Source: Paraspadella gotoi (Eukaryota > Animalia > Chaetognatha). Taken from it: 64,000 nt of DNA. The notes under the pieces are model-generated. The model ran no database searches and had not been told where the DNA came from. It saw nothing but the letters and a program-made list of their open reading frames with translations. Each line of letters starts with the position of its first letter. The stretch's first letter is position 1. Positions 52,042 to 64,000 of this stretch are shown here, in pieces. The position numbers were made by a program, and so were the translations under genes. The stretch covers positions 1,807,252 to 1,871,251 of the forward strand of contig JBJCIZ010000744.1 in NCBI GenBank assembly GCA_051294375.1, read 5' to 3'.

Positions 52042-52075
<34 letters not shown>

Positions 52076-53285
52076 NNNNNNNNNNNNNNNNNNNNNNNNN
52101 NNNNNNNNNNNNNNNNNNNNNNNNNNNNNNNNNNNNNNNNNNNNNNNNNNNNNNNNNNNNNNNNNNNNNNNNNNNNNNNNNNNNNNNNNNNNNNNNNNNN
52201 NNNNNNNNNNNNNNNNNNNNNNNNNNNNNNNNNNNNNNNNNNNNNNNNNNNNNNNNNNNNNNNNNNNNNNNNNNNNNNNTTCTTTTTGCTTTTTTTTTCT
52301 GCTTTTATCTTTACTCTTTCTCCTCCATTTCTCTTTGGCCCGCGAAATTTTTCTCAAATATCAACGTACTCTGAATTCTGTCTTTTTTTCCTCATCGTCA
52401 TCGTCATCGTCTGTTTTATAACGCTCCCTTTTCTAAACACGAAACATAAATTTTGAGATTTTTTAAAAAATTTGATTCGTCATAAGAAGAGAAGGAAGAG
52501 AGANNNNNNNNNNNNNNNNNNNNNNNNNNNNNNNNNNNNNNNNNNNNNNNNNNNNNNNNNNNNNNNNNNNNNNNNNNNNNNNNNNNNNAGAGAGAGAGAG
52601 AGAGAATCATTTTTCAATTTAGATTCAGTGAGAAATGTTACAAATGGTCTTAAGAAAAAGACGGTAAAAATATCGTTTGAAGAAAGAGAGAGATAGAGAG
52701 AGAGAAAGAGAGAGAGAATTTCTAACCGTGATTGTTTAATGAAATTTAGTTTTATTACTATTTTTGATACTTAATGAAGATCGCATAGAATATTTTAATC
52801 TCAGTCGGCGCTATCGTCTTAATTAATTTCCTCTTAAAATTGTATTCTTGTTTCTAATTGTAATGTTGTTTAACAATGTTTCAATGAAATATTTGTGATG
52901 TTGTTGAACAATGTTTGCAACATTTTGATACATTTACTTTTAAAACACAACATATTATCGAATGTCTCGGTATTTTCCAATCCCACGATATCTTTACTTC
53001 CTAAAGTCAAAACGAATAACTTACGCCATGAATCAGTCGCTTCCCGATTTTATGGTAAAAAAATCTTAAAAAAAAAACAACCACAAACAAAAATTAATAG
53101 GCGAATATATATACATATAACCGAAGGTTATTAATTATTTATTTATTAGTTAAATATTAATTATTGAAGTCTGAACGTTTAAAAGTCTGTTATTATTAAA
53201 AATTTCTTTTGTGAAGATGAAAGTCATTTTTTATTTTCTTTTTTTTTCCAACCAATTTTTTATTCTTTCTTTTTTAAAAAAAATG

Positions 53286-53634
53286 TTAGTTCCGCCGCGA
53301 TTACTCGTGGATCAACTCTATAAGTCACTTTTCGGTCGGTCTGTCGGTCCGTCGGTATGTCTGTCTGTCGGTCTGTCCCTCCTACTTTAAGAATGCATAT
53401 TATTTCCCTATAGTTATGTTTTGTTAAGACAAAAAAAACCTCAAATCTAAGGGGCTGCAAGCGCCGCCTTCAGGAAATCCTAAAACTAAAATAGAATAAA
53501 AGACGGAATTTTGATGCAGTGCATGTCATAAGAAGGTTATAATAGTCATGTTATGTCACGTCATGTCATGTCTCGAGAAATACACCTGATAAGGCAGTCA
53601 CTGCGGCGCAACACATTTGAATTACCGTTCTTGT
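53286..53634 (+). mobile_element. HINE-like family A copy
   Basis: Same modules as 11231-11615, including the terminal ACTGCGGCGCAACACATT...ACCGTTCTTGT. Confidence 0.7.
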
Positions 53635-54145
53635 TTCTTCTTTTAAAACAAATCGGGTTTATTCTTTGTGCCCCTCAATTTCAATCAATTTTACTGTTCA
53701 ATTATTTTTCTCCATTTCGGGATTTAATTTATATTCATAAGTCAGTATTTTTGCTATTACTTCTNNNNNNNNNNNNNNNNNNNNNNNNNNNNNNNNNNNN
53801 NNNNNNNNNNNNNNNNNNNNNNNNNNNNNNNNNNNNNNNNNNNNNNNNNNNNNNNNNNNNNNNNNNNNNNNNNNNNNNNNNNNNNNNNNNNNNNNNNNNN
53901 NNNNNNNNNNNNNNNNNNNNNNNNNNNNNNNNNNNNNNNNNNNNNNNNNNNNNNNNNNNNNNNNNNNNNNNNNNNNNNNNNNNNNNNNNNNNNNNNNNNN
54001 NNNNNNNNNNNNNNNNNNNNNNNNNNNNNNNNAAAAAGGATTTTTTTTCTTGTCATCTCGAGCTTTCCCTCTCTCTCTCTCGTTCACGCCTTGCTTTTTG
54101 AGATTTGAAGAGAGAGAGAGAAAGAGAGAGAGAGNNNNNNNNNNN

Positions 54146-54181
<36 letters not shown>

Positions 54182-55789
54182 AACAAAGTTTTCGGTTTCG
54201 GTTTTTCGATTTCGATTTCAGAGTCAAGATGCGTCGAGGCCCAAATTTATTTTTTTTTCTTCTTTTCTTATAATTTTTTTTAACTTTAAACTTTTATTAC
54301 TTTTTTTTGTTTGAAAAGTGAAAACAAATTATTTCTCTTCTTTTTTCGACGTCATACATGTTATTTTCTAACCAAGAGAAATACAAAACCCGGGAATATA
54401 AAATGGGTATTATCATTTTAACCAAATAAACTAAATATTTCTACAGATAATTCAAAATATCATATAATCTCGTTGATGTTTTAAATCTCATTTCTTTAAA
54501 ACTCATTCTAAAACTTTATTATTACATCAAATCAAAATTTATTTCCACTTCTCAATTTTAGCTGAAAAGTGAAAACATAATTTTTTTCCCTCTTTTTTCA
54601 TGCATAAAACAGTTAGACTTTAAAAAAAATAGTTATTTTTAAAACGGCGTTAATTAATTTACGACAGAAAGTGTATGCCGAGTTGTTCGTAAAAGTTCGT
54701 CGCGACATGAGGCAAAAAAAGGGTTTTTTTTTTAATAATACAAATAATTTTTTAAAAGTTTTTTGTTATTTTTTTTTCGTCTGGAAAAAAGTTGTTTTCC
54801 GTATGAACCCAGTTCAAACCCTCTAATCCCCGGATGTAATAGGAATAAAGGGTGTGGAAAAAAAGTAAGGTACTTCATCACGCCCACCGCCACAATAACT
54901 TTCTATTCCCCCCACCCTTCCCTTAATCGCCCAATGCCTTTCCACCATCTCGATAAAACCACCTCGNNNNNNNNNNTCGGCTATCATCATTTAGCCTCTG
55001 CCTAAAGGGCAACACAAACCAACACCCAGTCTAAGTCTGGGCAGATTCTTCATTTCGTCTTTATCGATTATCGTACGATTCTTTTCCAGCCAATCAGCTA
55101 CTTTCTATTCCTTATTTCTTGTCATTTATTTAATCTTCTTTTTTACCAACCAATCAATTGATTTCCATTGGTCTTCTCTAACTAATCACAGGCTACTATT
55201 CTTCCTTTGAAACCAATCATCGCATCTCATTCGTCTTTTCCAGCCAATCTCCGCCTCTCATTCGTCTTTTCCAGCCAATCACCGCCTCTCATTCGACTTT
55301 CCAGCCAATCACCGCCCCTCATTCGTCTTTTCAGGCCAATCGCGAGCTGTCGTAAATCCGATCGCATTAATTAACAATTTAAATGTTATCTTACAGAACA
55401 ATTAGAATGATTGAATCTTTCGTTCATCGTCGACGACATGAACGGTCATCATTTTATAGTCACTAATGTCATTAGTGATGAAGAAATACTTCAAAAACGA
55501 TTGGTCATTTATCACAAAAATTTGCTAATAGAAAAAAAAATCATTCATTCATCTTTTTCGCCATTGATTAAAGTCATAATTGAGAAATTCTCATTAAATA
55601 CTATTAAATATGCTATACTATTAAATGTTTGAACGGATTTTGACGTTAAAATAAATATATGATAACGTTTAAAATAAAATCCATTTAATCATTCTATAAT
55701 GTTTTACTTTATAGCTTATTATTTTATTTTTGTTATATTCATATGTTTTTCTAGATTTAAAATTTATGTATAAATATGTAATTTGTGAT

Positions 55790-55998
55790 GATTAAAGTAA
55801 ATATGATTAAATTAAGATTAAAGTAAATATGATTAAATTAAGATTAAAGTAAATATGATTGAATTAAGATTAAAGTAAATATGATTAAATTAAGATTAAA
55901 GTAAAAATGATTAAATTAAGATTAAAGTAAATATGATTAAATTAAAATTAAAGTAAATATGATTAAATTAAGATTAAAATAAATATGATTAAATTAAG
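55790..55998. repeat. 26-bp AT-rich minisatellite (ATTAAAGTAAATATGATTAAATTAAG)n
   Basis: About eight near-identical units. Confidence 0.9.
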
Positions 55999-56117
55999 TA
56001 GTTATCCGAAATAAAACTCAATGAAAGAAGCTACTGTTGGCACATTTCAAATTCTCTTTTTATTTCCATCTCTATCTCTTTCTCTCTTTCTCTCCCTCGC
56101 TTTATTTCCTTTTTTTA

Positions 56118-56346
56118 TCTTTCTTCTCTATTTTTAACTCTCTCATTGTCTTTCTTCTCTATTTTTAACTCTCTCATTGTCTTTCTTCTCTATTTTTAAC
56201 TCTCTTATTGTCTTTCTTCTCTATTTTTAACTCTCCCCTTGTCTTTCTTCTCTATTTTTAACTCTCTCATTGTCTTTCTTCTCTATTTTTAACTCTCTCA
56301 TTGTCTTTCTTCTCTATTTTTAACTCTCTCATTGTCTTTCTTCTCT
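56118..56346. repeat. 31-bp minisatellite (TCTTTCTTCTCTATTTTTAACTCTCTCATTG)n
   Basis: About seven near-identical units. Confidence 0.9.
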
Positions 56347-56581
56347 CCCCTCGCTTCCAGAGTCATTCGAAGGGATCGTTATTACGTTGGGTTGAACAAG
56401 AGAGATATCAATTCTATCACTTTTATCACAGCGTGAAGTTCACACGTTCGGGGAAGGATAGGGGGGAGGGAGAGAGAGAGAGAGAGAGAGCGAAAGAGAG
56501 AGAGAGAGAGGCCCTCCCTAGGGCCGGACCTTGACGTCAGTCGGGGTTATATGACTCAGAAAAAAAGGTCGGCAAGGCAGA

Positions 56582-56668
<87 letters not shown>

Positions 56669-57879
56669 TCCTTGATGAGTCCAACCCGGCTCCCTGACCG
56701 AAGAGGCCTGGAAGGTTTGGAATCCTGAAAAAAAAGAAATAAAGACAGAGAGAGAGAGAGAAAAAAAAAACTAAAGGTTCTCAACTGTTTTTCTAACTTT
56801 CAACGAAACTTACCTTTTGAAAGTTGAGTGACTTTCCGACCCCTAATCAACTCACTTACTTTACTTAACGAAGTGACTCCTTTTAAAGTGGGAATAGATA
56901 GTATTGTATAAAAATACATACATTGCATATGTGTACGTTGCAAGCATTGAAAACTTTCTCCCCACAAAAAAAATTTATATTGTCCCAGTCTTTGGACGGG
57001 CCAAGTTGGGTTAAGATAATAACATAGATTGCGGCCACTCTTTTCGGAAGACAACAATAATATTAATTTTAAATTAAAATAAGTTACACCCACAAAAATC
57101 GTAAATATTTTAAAATTTTAATATGTAAACACTATTTATATTGAAACAATTTGTTTGAGAGAAGAAAATTTGTAGGGGATTTTTTTTTTTCTGAAATAAA
57201 AGAGACAATTTGACAATTAAGACAATAAGAAGATTAAACGATTAAACGATGAGTATTGAGCAAGAAAAATTGCACTAATGGCACTAAAAATAGTGGAACA
57301 AGTAATTTTGAAATTTTCATGTGAGGACCCAGCAAGTTTTAAATCAAGTCGAGTTCGTCAACTTCCCACAGAACCTTATTATCCTTCGTATTACAAATAT
57401 CCAGACTCAAAATTACAAATAAATAATTACATTTACAATAAACTAAAAGTCACGTTTCTAATTCCAACCTTTCTTAATTTTTTTTTCATGTCTCCATCGC
57501 CATCTATCGTCGACGTCAACCATTTCCGCCATCTTGGTTCACCGATTTCCAATATCATCGAAAATGATATATCATTAAATTATCATTATATGATATATGA
57601 TTAAATCTACGACCGCTTGGATCGTTCCTCGGTAACTTCGATTACTTCATCCCTTACCTTCCTTACCTTCCCTTCCCTTAACTTACCCTTTCGTCTCCCC
57701 TGACGTCAAATAACTTCTTCTCCCTCCACGTCAACGGGATTTCCGCCCACGCCTCTCAACGCGCCGCTGTCGTAAATTATCCGCTCACGATCGCTTTACT
57801 CTCTCTCTCTCTCTCTCTCTNNNNNNNNNNNNNNNNNNNNNNNNNCTCGGCTCTCTCTCCTCCTCTCTCTTCTCTCGTC

Positions 57880-57933
<54 letters not shown>

Positions 57934-58178
57934 TCCTCCCTTCGTGACAATAATCCCGATTCTCTCCATCGATTACGTCGTTTCATCCAACAACCACGAC
58001 AACACGACGACGGACAACACAAAACAACAACAACAATAACAACAAACAACAAAAACACAACAAGCAACAACAAACATCTTCCTCCCTCCGGCACAACGGC
58101 GTCGTCGATTAGGTGAGCGAACTTTTTTTTTTCTTTCAAAACTTTCGATCGATTTTTTTTTTCGTTTCGCGACTACCC

Positions 58179-58192
58179 GTTGCCATGGCAAC
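58179..58192. promoter_or_regulatory. Perfect palindromic RFX X-box GTTGCCATGGCAAC
   Basis: Exact 14-bp palindromic X-box consensus; repeated at 63064-63077 inside the duplicated block. Motif match only. Confidence 0.5.
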
Positions 58193-58320
58193 CGTCGAGA
58201 ATGACGACGAGATTCAGCGTAAACAAACCGAGGTTTTTTTTCTTTCTTTCGGCGTTGTATTCTTTTTAATATTGATAGCGAAGAGACGCGAAGAGAGAGA
58301 GAGGAGAGAGAGAGAAGAAG

Positions 58321-58360
<40 letters not shown>

Positions 58361-58660
58361 AGAGAACCGAGAGAGACAGAGAGACAGTTTCCGCGACCCC
58401 CGATTTGTTCCAGTTTCCTCCGACGGACCCGGATGTGGGAAGGACCCCGATGTGGGAAAGCAGGGTTAACAGCCAACATCCGCCGCCGCCGCCGCACATG
58501 GTCTCGTGGCGGCGGAGGACAGCAGACGGACCCGCGGCAAGCGAGCCGCGCTGTCGGGAGGACGCTCTCTCTCGACGACATTGGCGCCAGACATTCGCTG
58601 GCGTTGGAGGAACAATTTTTGGTCAGCGTGATGGACGCCTCCTCTCTCTCTCTCTTCTCT

Positions 58661-58707
<47 letters not shown>

Positions 58708-59028
58708 AATTTTCGGCGATCGGTGGCGGAACGTCAAGCGGCAGACGTCACTTTGACGTCAGGAGCGCTCGATGTGATTCAGATTCTGTCCCCATATTGA
58801 AAATAAAGGGAAGACAAGAAGATGACGGATGACGAAAGATGACGGACGACGACGGACGAACGGACGACGATGATGGCACGATATGCGATTGGGACGTTAT
58901 TTTTAAATATGTTTCTTCATTTAAAGTTAATAATTGATAACAGTTGCTATTCGGTATAAAATAGGATATATGAGAAAGTAATATTTATAAATAAGAGAGA
59001 GAGAGAGAGGAAGAGAGAGAGAGATGAC

Positions 59029-59059
<31 letters not shown>

Positions 59060-59971
59060 GAGAAGAGAGAAGAGAGAGAGAGAGGAGAGCAGAGAGAGAG
59101 AGAGAGAGGAGAAGAGACGCGCGCCATTTCGAACCGGCGTCGTTTTTACTTCCGCGCACGAGACAAGAGCGGCGCTTCTATTTCAGAAAAAACCGGCGAT
59201 ATCTCGCTGCCGTCGGCGCTCGGAAAAAATCAAAACGTTGCAATGGCCGGACGATAAATCGTAGGAGGAAAAGAAAGGGAGAAAGAAAGGAAAAGAGGAA
59301 AAGAAAGGAAGATAAAGGAAGAGAATATCCTTGGTTTTTACTCTCTCTTTTTATATTTATTACTTTTTTTTTCTATGAATTCGATGGAAGGAGATTTTCT
59401 GGCGAAGAATTATTTAATAGTTATTATTATTTAATTTTATATTTCGATGTAAGTCTGGGGATATTTGCGTGAGAGGAAAAAATGAGCGACCAAGGTTCAC
59501 TGGGCATAGGACTTTCGTATGTTACGTCCGACAAGGAAAGCCGCCCTCCTCTCCAGGAATTCTTGTCTTTTTCTTCGCTCAATTGATCGATGGGTTCAAA
59601 AAACATTGTTTAAACCTTTTTTAAGCTTATTTCTTTAATCATTTCTCAAGAATCACCCATTTAATATTTTTTTTCTTCAATGTAACCCATTTAGGCTTCA
59701 ACTGTATTTTAACTCGAAAAGATACGTAATTATCACTTACCTCATCTTTAAAAAAAAAGTTCCTTAGATTCCAAGTAATAAAGTAAATTAAAGTTTTTTT
59801 TTTTTCACATTAACCGGCAGAGTTTTTAAAACATTTTCAAACCTTCGCCATCTCCACGTGTCACTCTGTCTCTACTGAAATCCCTCTCCATTACAAGCAG
59901 GCCGCAACGTTTGCTCAATAAATTTAACGGAGGGAGCGCGAAGAGGGAAAACTGGCTTTTCTCCCCAAGCA

Positions 59972-60015
<44 letters not shown>

Positions 60016-60334
60016 ATCTCCTCTCTCTCTCTCTTATCACCAGTATTTCCCGGACATCGACTCTCTCGTCTGCGCGAATTTCTATCCACATGTTCTGTGT
60101 CGGCGATAACTCTTTTTATTTACAAACCAGTTTTGAAGATTTTCCAATTAATTTTTTGAGTTTTTTTTTCTTTTTTTCGATTCTCGCGTCTTTTTCAACT
60201 TCTTTCTTTACGTACATTAACTATAGATATACTCATAATGTATCATTTATATATTTATCTATTTATCTTAACTCTCGGTCTCCCCATCACATCTCTCCCC
60301 CCACACTTTCTGGATCACGTTTTTTTTCACCTTG

Positions 60335-60670
60335 TCTTCACGTTTTCTCTCACGTTTTCAATCACGTTCTCCATCACGCATCTGCCATCACCTTTCTCCA
60401 TCACGTTCTCCATCACCTTCTCCATCATTGGTTTTTATTCAGTTTTTTCCATTTCTAATCTCCATAAGAATTCATCAAGTTATCCATCCACGTTCTCCAT
60501 CACGCTTCTCCATCACCCTTCCTCACCTTCTCCATCACCCTTCTCCATACGTTTTTCTTCAGTTCTTCATTCCTAATCTCCTTTTTAAGATATTCATCAA
60601 GTCTCCATTTCACGTTCTCCATCACGTTTTCCATCACTTTACGAGTCATTCGGCTGTCACTTCTCCGTCA
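60335..60670. repeat. Degenerate ~12-bp repeat (TTCTCCATCACG)
   Basis: Recurrent units. Confidence 0.75.
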
Positions 60671-60761
60671 CCGTTCGCTAATCCGCGTTTCCACGAAGAT
60701 CCTCCCTCGTTCTCGTTTGGCGAGAGAGAGAGAGAGGAGAGGAGAGAGAGAGAGAGAGATG

Positions 60762-60792
<31 letters not shown>

Positions 60793-60914
60793 ATGATTTT
60801 CCTGCGGAGAAGAAAAAGGCCAAGATCGTCTCCCTTCTTTTGTGGGTATAAATTGAAGAAGCTTGAGCGTCAGAAAGGTTCTTGGGAGCGAGAGAGAAGA
60901 GGGGGCGGCAGAGG

Positions 60915-61570
60915 GGGGTACTATAGGAGCTTGAGTAGAGTGGATGACGGAAAAAATTCTACAGGGCCTTGCTAATCGAAAACCAGAACGATACACTATA
61001 AGAGCTTAGTAGGTGGATGCACGCGAAAATTCACAGTGGCCTCGCTATCGAACACAGAACGACTACACTTAAGAGCTTAGATAAGGGTGGATGACAGGGA
61101 AAATATCACTGGTGCGCCTCGCTATCGAGCCAGAACGACGTTACACTATAAGAGCATTATAGGGTGGAATGACAGAAAATATACAGGCCTCGCTATTGAG
61201 CTAGAACAACAAACTATAACGAGCTTAGTCGAGGGTGCGGATGACGGAAAATATCACAGGGCCTCTCTATCGATGCCAGAATGACTTACATTATAAGAGC
61301 TCAGTAGGGTGGATGCGGAAAATATTCACAGGGCCTTGCTATGAACCAGAACCGACCTTACACTATAAGAGCTTAGTAGGGTGGAAGTTGACTAAAATAT
61401 CACAGGCGCCTCGCATTTATCGAACCAAGAACGACTACCACTAATAGAGCTTAGTAGGTGGATGAGGGAAAATATCAAAGGGCCTCGCTATCGAGCCAGA
61501 ACGACTACACTTATAAGAGCTTAGTAGCGGGGTGGATGACAGAAAAATATCACAGGCCTTCTATCGAACG
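60915..61570. repeat. ~69 bp minisatellite, about 9-10 noisy copies
   Basis: Approximate consensus ACTACACTATAAGAGCTTAGTAGGGTGGATGACGGAAAATATCACAGGCCTCGCTATCGAGCCAGAACG. Confidence 0.9.
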
Positions 61571-61986
61571 ACTGTAGTGGGGTGCGGGTAGAGGAAGCGA
61601 AAAGAAAAGGTTTTAAGAAGAAGGAAAAACTCAGAGTGGTTTTATCAAAGGTGGTGAGGTTTAAATGCGGTGTTTTAATCGAAAGCAGCTTGTTTGATGA
61701 GAGAGAGAGAGGAGAAGAGAAGGAGAGAGAAGACTGAGTTTGAACAGTGAGTTAAGTTGGGTCACGAGATCACCGAAAGCTTGTGTTATAGAAAATATCT
61801 CGTTCGCTTATTTTATATAATGAAATTTTCCCTTGCCTTAGCAAAATGATCAATTATCAATGGCGCCAACGTATCAATACGCATTGTTGATTTAAAAATA
61901 TTAATGGCCCGATAAAAATAATTTAATAAAATAAATCATAGAAAACAAACATTAATACGAAGATGAAGCGCGCATTTAAAAACGGG

Positions 61987-62025
<39 letters not shown>

Positions 62026-62911
62026 TCTCGCTCTCTCCTCTCTCCCTCTCTCCTCTCTCTTCTCACCCCTCTCTTTTTAATTACCAATATTTTTTGGGGT
62101 TTTCGACTACCCACTCCTTTTCCCACGAAAAGCGGATTTTTTAATCACAAAAAAAGTTGGGATGTTCATTTCTTTTTTTTTTTTAATTGTTTTTATTAGT
62201 TTAATATTCGCCGAGACGATAGCGCATCGAAGTCATTCTGTGCCGTCGCTTGTCGCTTTTGTTATCATCTTGCATTTTTAAGATCTTTTTTTGTCAGGAT
62301 TTTTTTCAATATAGTTTATTTCTTTCAAAATAATTAATATTTTTTCCGTCAACCAGTATACCTTAATTATACTACACTAAATATATCTTGTCAAAATTAT
62401 TTTTGGAATATTTAATTTTTATCCATTTCTATTTTTTCGATCGGAAGCGCCCTTGGCATGAGAGAGAGAGGAGAGGAGAGAGAGAGAGAAGAGAAGAGAG
62501 TTGTCTTTTTTTAGGTAAGCTATTAAAAGCAAGAAGATTGCTAAATTCTTTTTTTCATTTTTTGTTGTTAACCTAAAAAAAGGATTACGACAGCATTAGT
62601 CGTCGTCGGTCGTCGTCGTCAGTTTGCCAACGATGGTAAAATGCACTTACGCTTTCGGGTTGCATAGCAACGTCTCACGACGCCTCGAAAAGCGGTAGCA
62701 ACGCTCGGCGTCGCCCATTTGCTCCGACTAGAGAAGCGAGAGAGGTGGAATGTGAGTGAGAGAAAGAGAGATGTTGTAGATCGCGCGCGGCGATGTATTA
62801 TGCCGAACGAATTGTGAGGTTGTAAGAATAAATGAGTGAATAGATAGATGATAATGATTGAAGTGAGAGGTTGGTGTGAGGTGGTAGTAATGTGGTCTGG
62901 TTGATAGGTAT

Positions 62912-63632
<721 letters not shown>

Positions 63633-63684
63633 NNNNNNNNNNNNNNNNNNNNNNNNNTATTCTTTTTTTCCGCCATATTAAGTT

Positions 63685-64000
63685 TATTGAGAAATTCTCA
63701 TTTAAATACTATTTAAATTTGCTTATATTTAAAATGTTTGAACAGATTTTGACGTTAAATAAATATAATGATTATCATTCTAAATGTTTTATTTATAGCT
63801 TATTATTTTATTTTGTATATTCATTATGTTTTTCTAGATTAAATTATGTATAATATGTAATGATGTAAAATAATATTGATTAAATAAGATTAATAGTAAA
63901 TATGATATTAAGATTAAGTAAATATGATTAAATTTAAGAATAAAGTAAATATGATTTGACTTTTAAGATTAAAGTAAATATGATTGAATTAAGTTAAAGT
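63685..64000. repeat. Duplicate of ~55580-56000
   Basis: ATTGAGAAATTCTCATT...TTTTCTAGATT and the 26-bp AT-rich repeat recur with indels. Confidence 0.85.

Noticed and set aside
60915-61570. Possible CRISPR array
   Set aside because: Units are contiguous with no unique spacers, there are no cas genes, and the context is a eukaryotic intron.

Overview
Eukaryotic (metazoan) draft-genome sequence, very rich in microsatellites ((CT/AG)n, (CGT/ACG)n, (ATT)n, (TTTC)n) and broken by many N gaps. Several near-duplicated blocks look like error-rich gap fills. The only convincing protein-coding sequence is a + strand muscleblind (mbl/MBNL) exon at 35010-35218, encoding CCCH zinc finger 1 and the start of zinc finger 2, with canonical AG and GTGAGT boundaries. 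A phase-compatible upstream exon ending at 25840 splices in frame to give [15 protein letters not shown]... I found no next mbl exon (expected GRC...), so at least 28.7 kb after 35218 is probably intron. The non-coding sequence contains two families of DINE-1/HINE-like (Helentron-associated) elements, tRNA-derived SINE-like heads, a ~250 bp dispersed repeat, minisatellites, and clusters of TF-motif palindromes (RFX X-boxes, CREs, TCACGTGA E-boxes, phased CCAAT boxes). The most interesting candidate system is mbl autoregulation: a circularisable exon whose back-splice junction creates an immediate stop (68-aa peptide), a YGCY-dense upstream exon, inverted repeats flanking the exon, and a candidate recursive splice site. 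The repeat landscape and Mbl N-terminus suggest a lophotrochozoan, possibly a coleoid cephalopod; this is low-confidence inference. Nearly all other ORFs in the track are microsatellite or gap artefacts.
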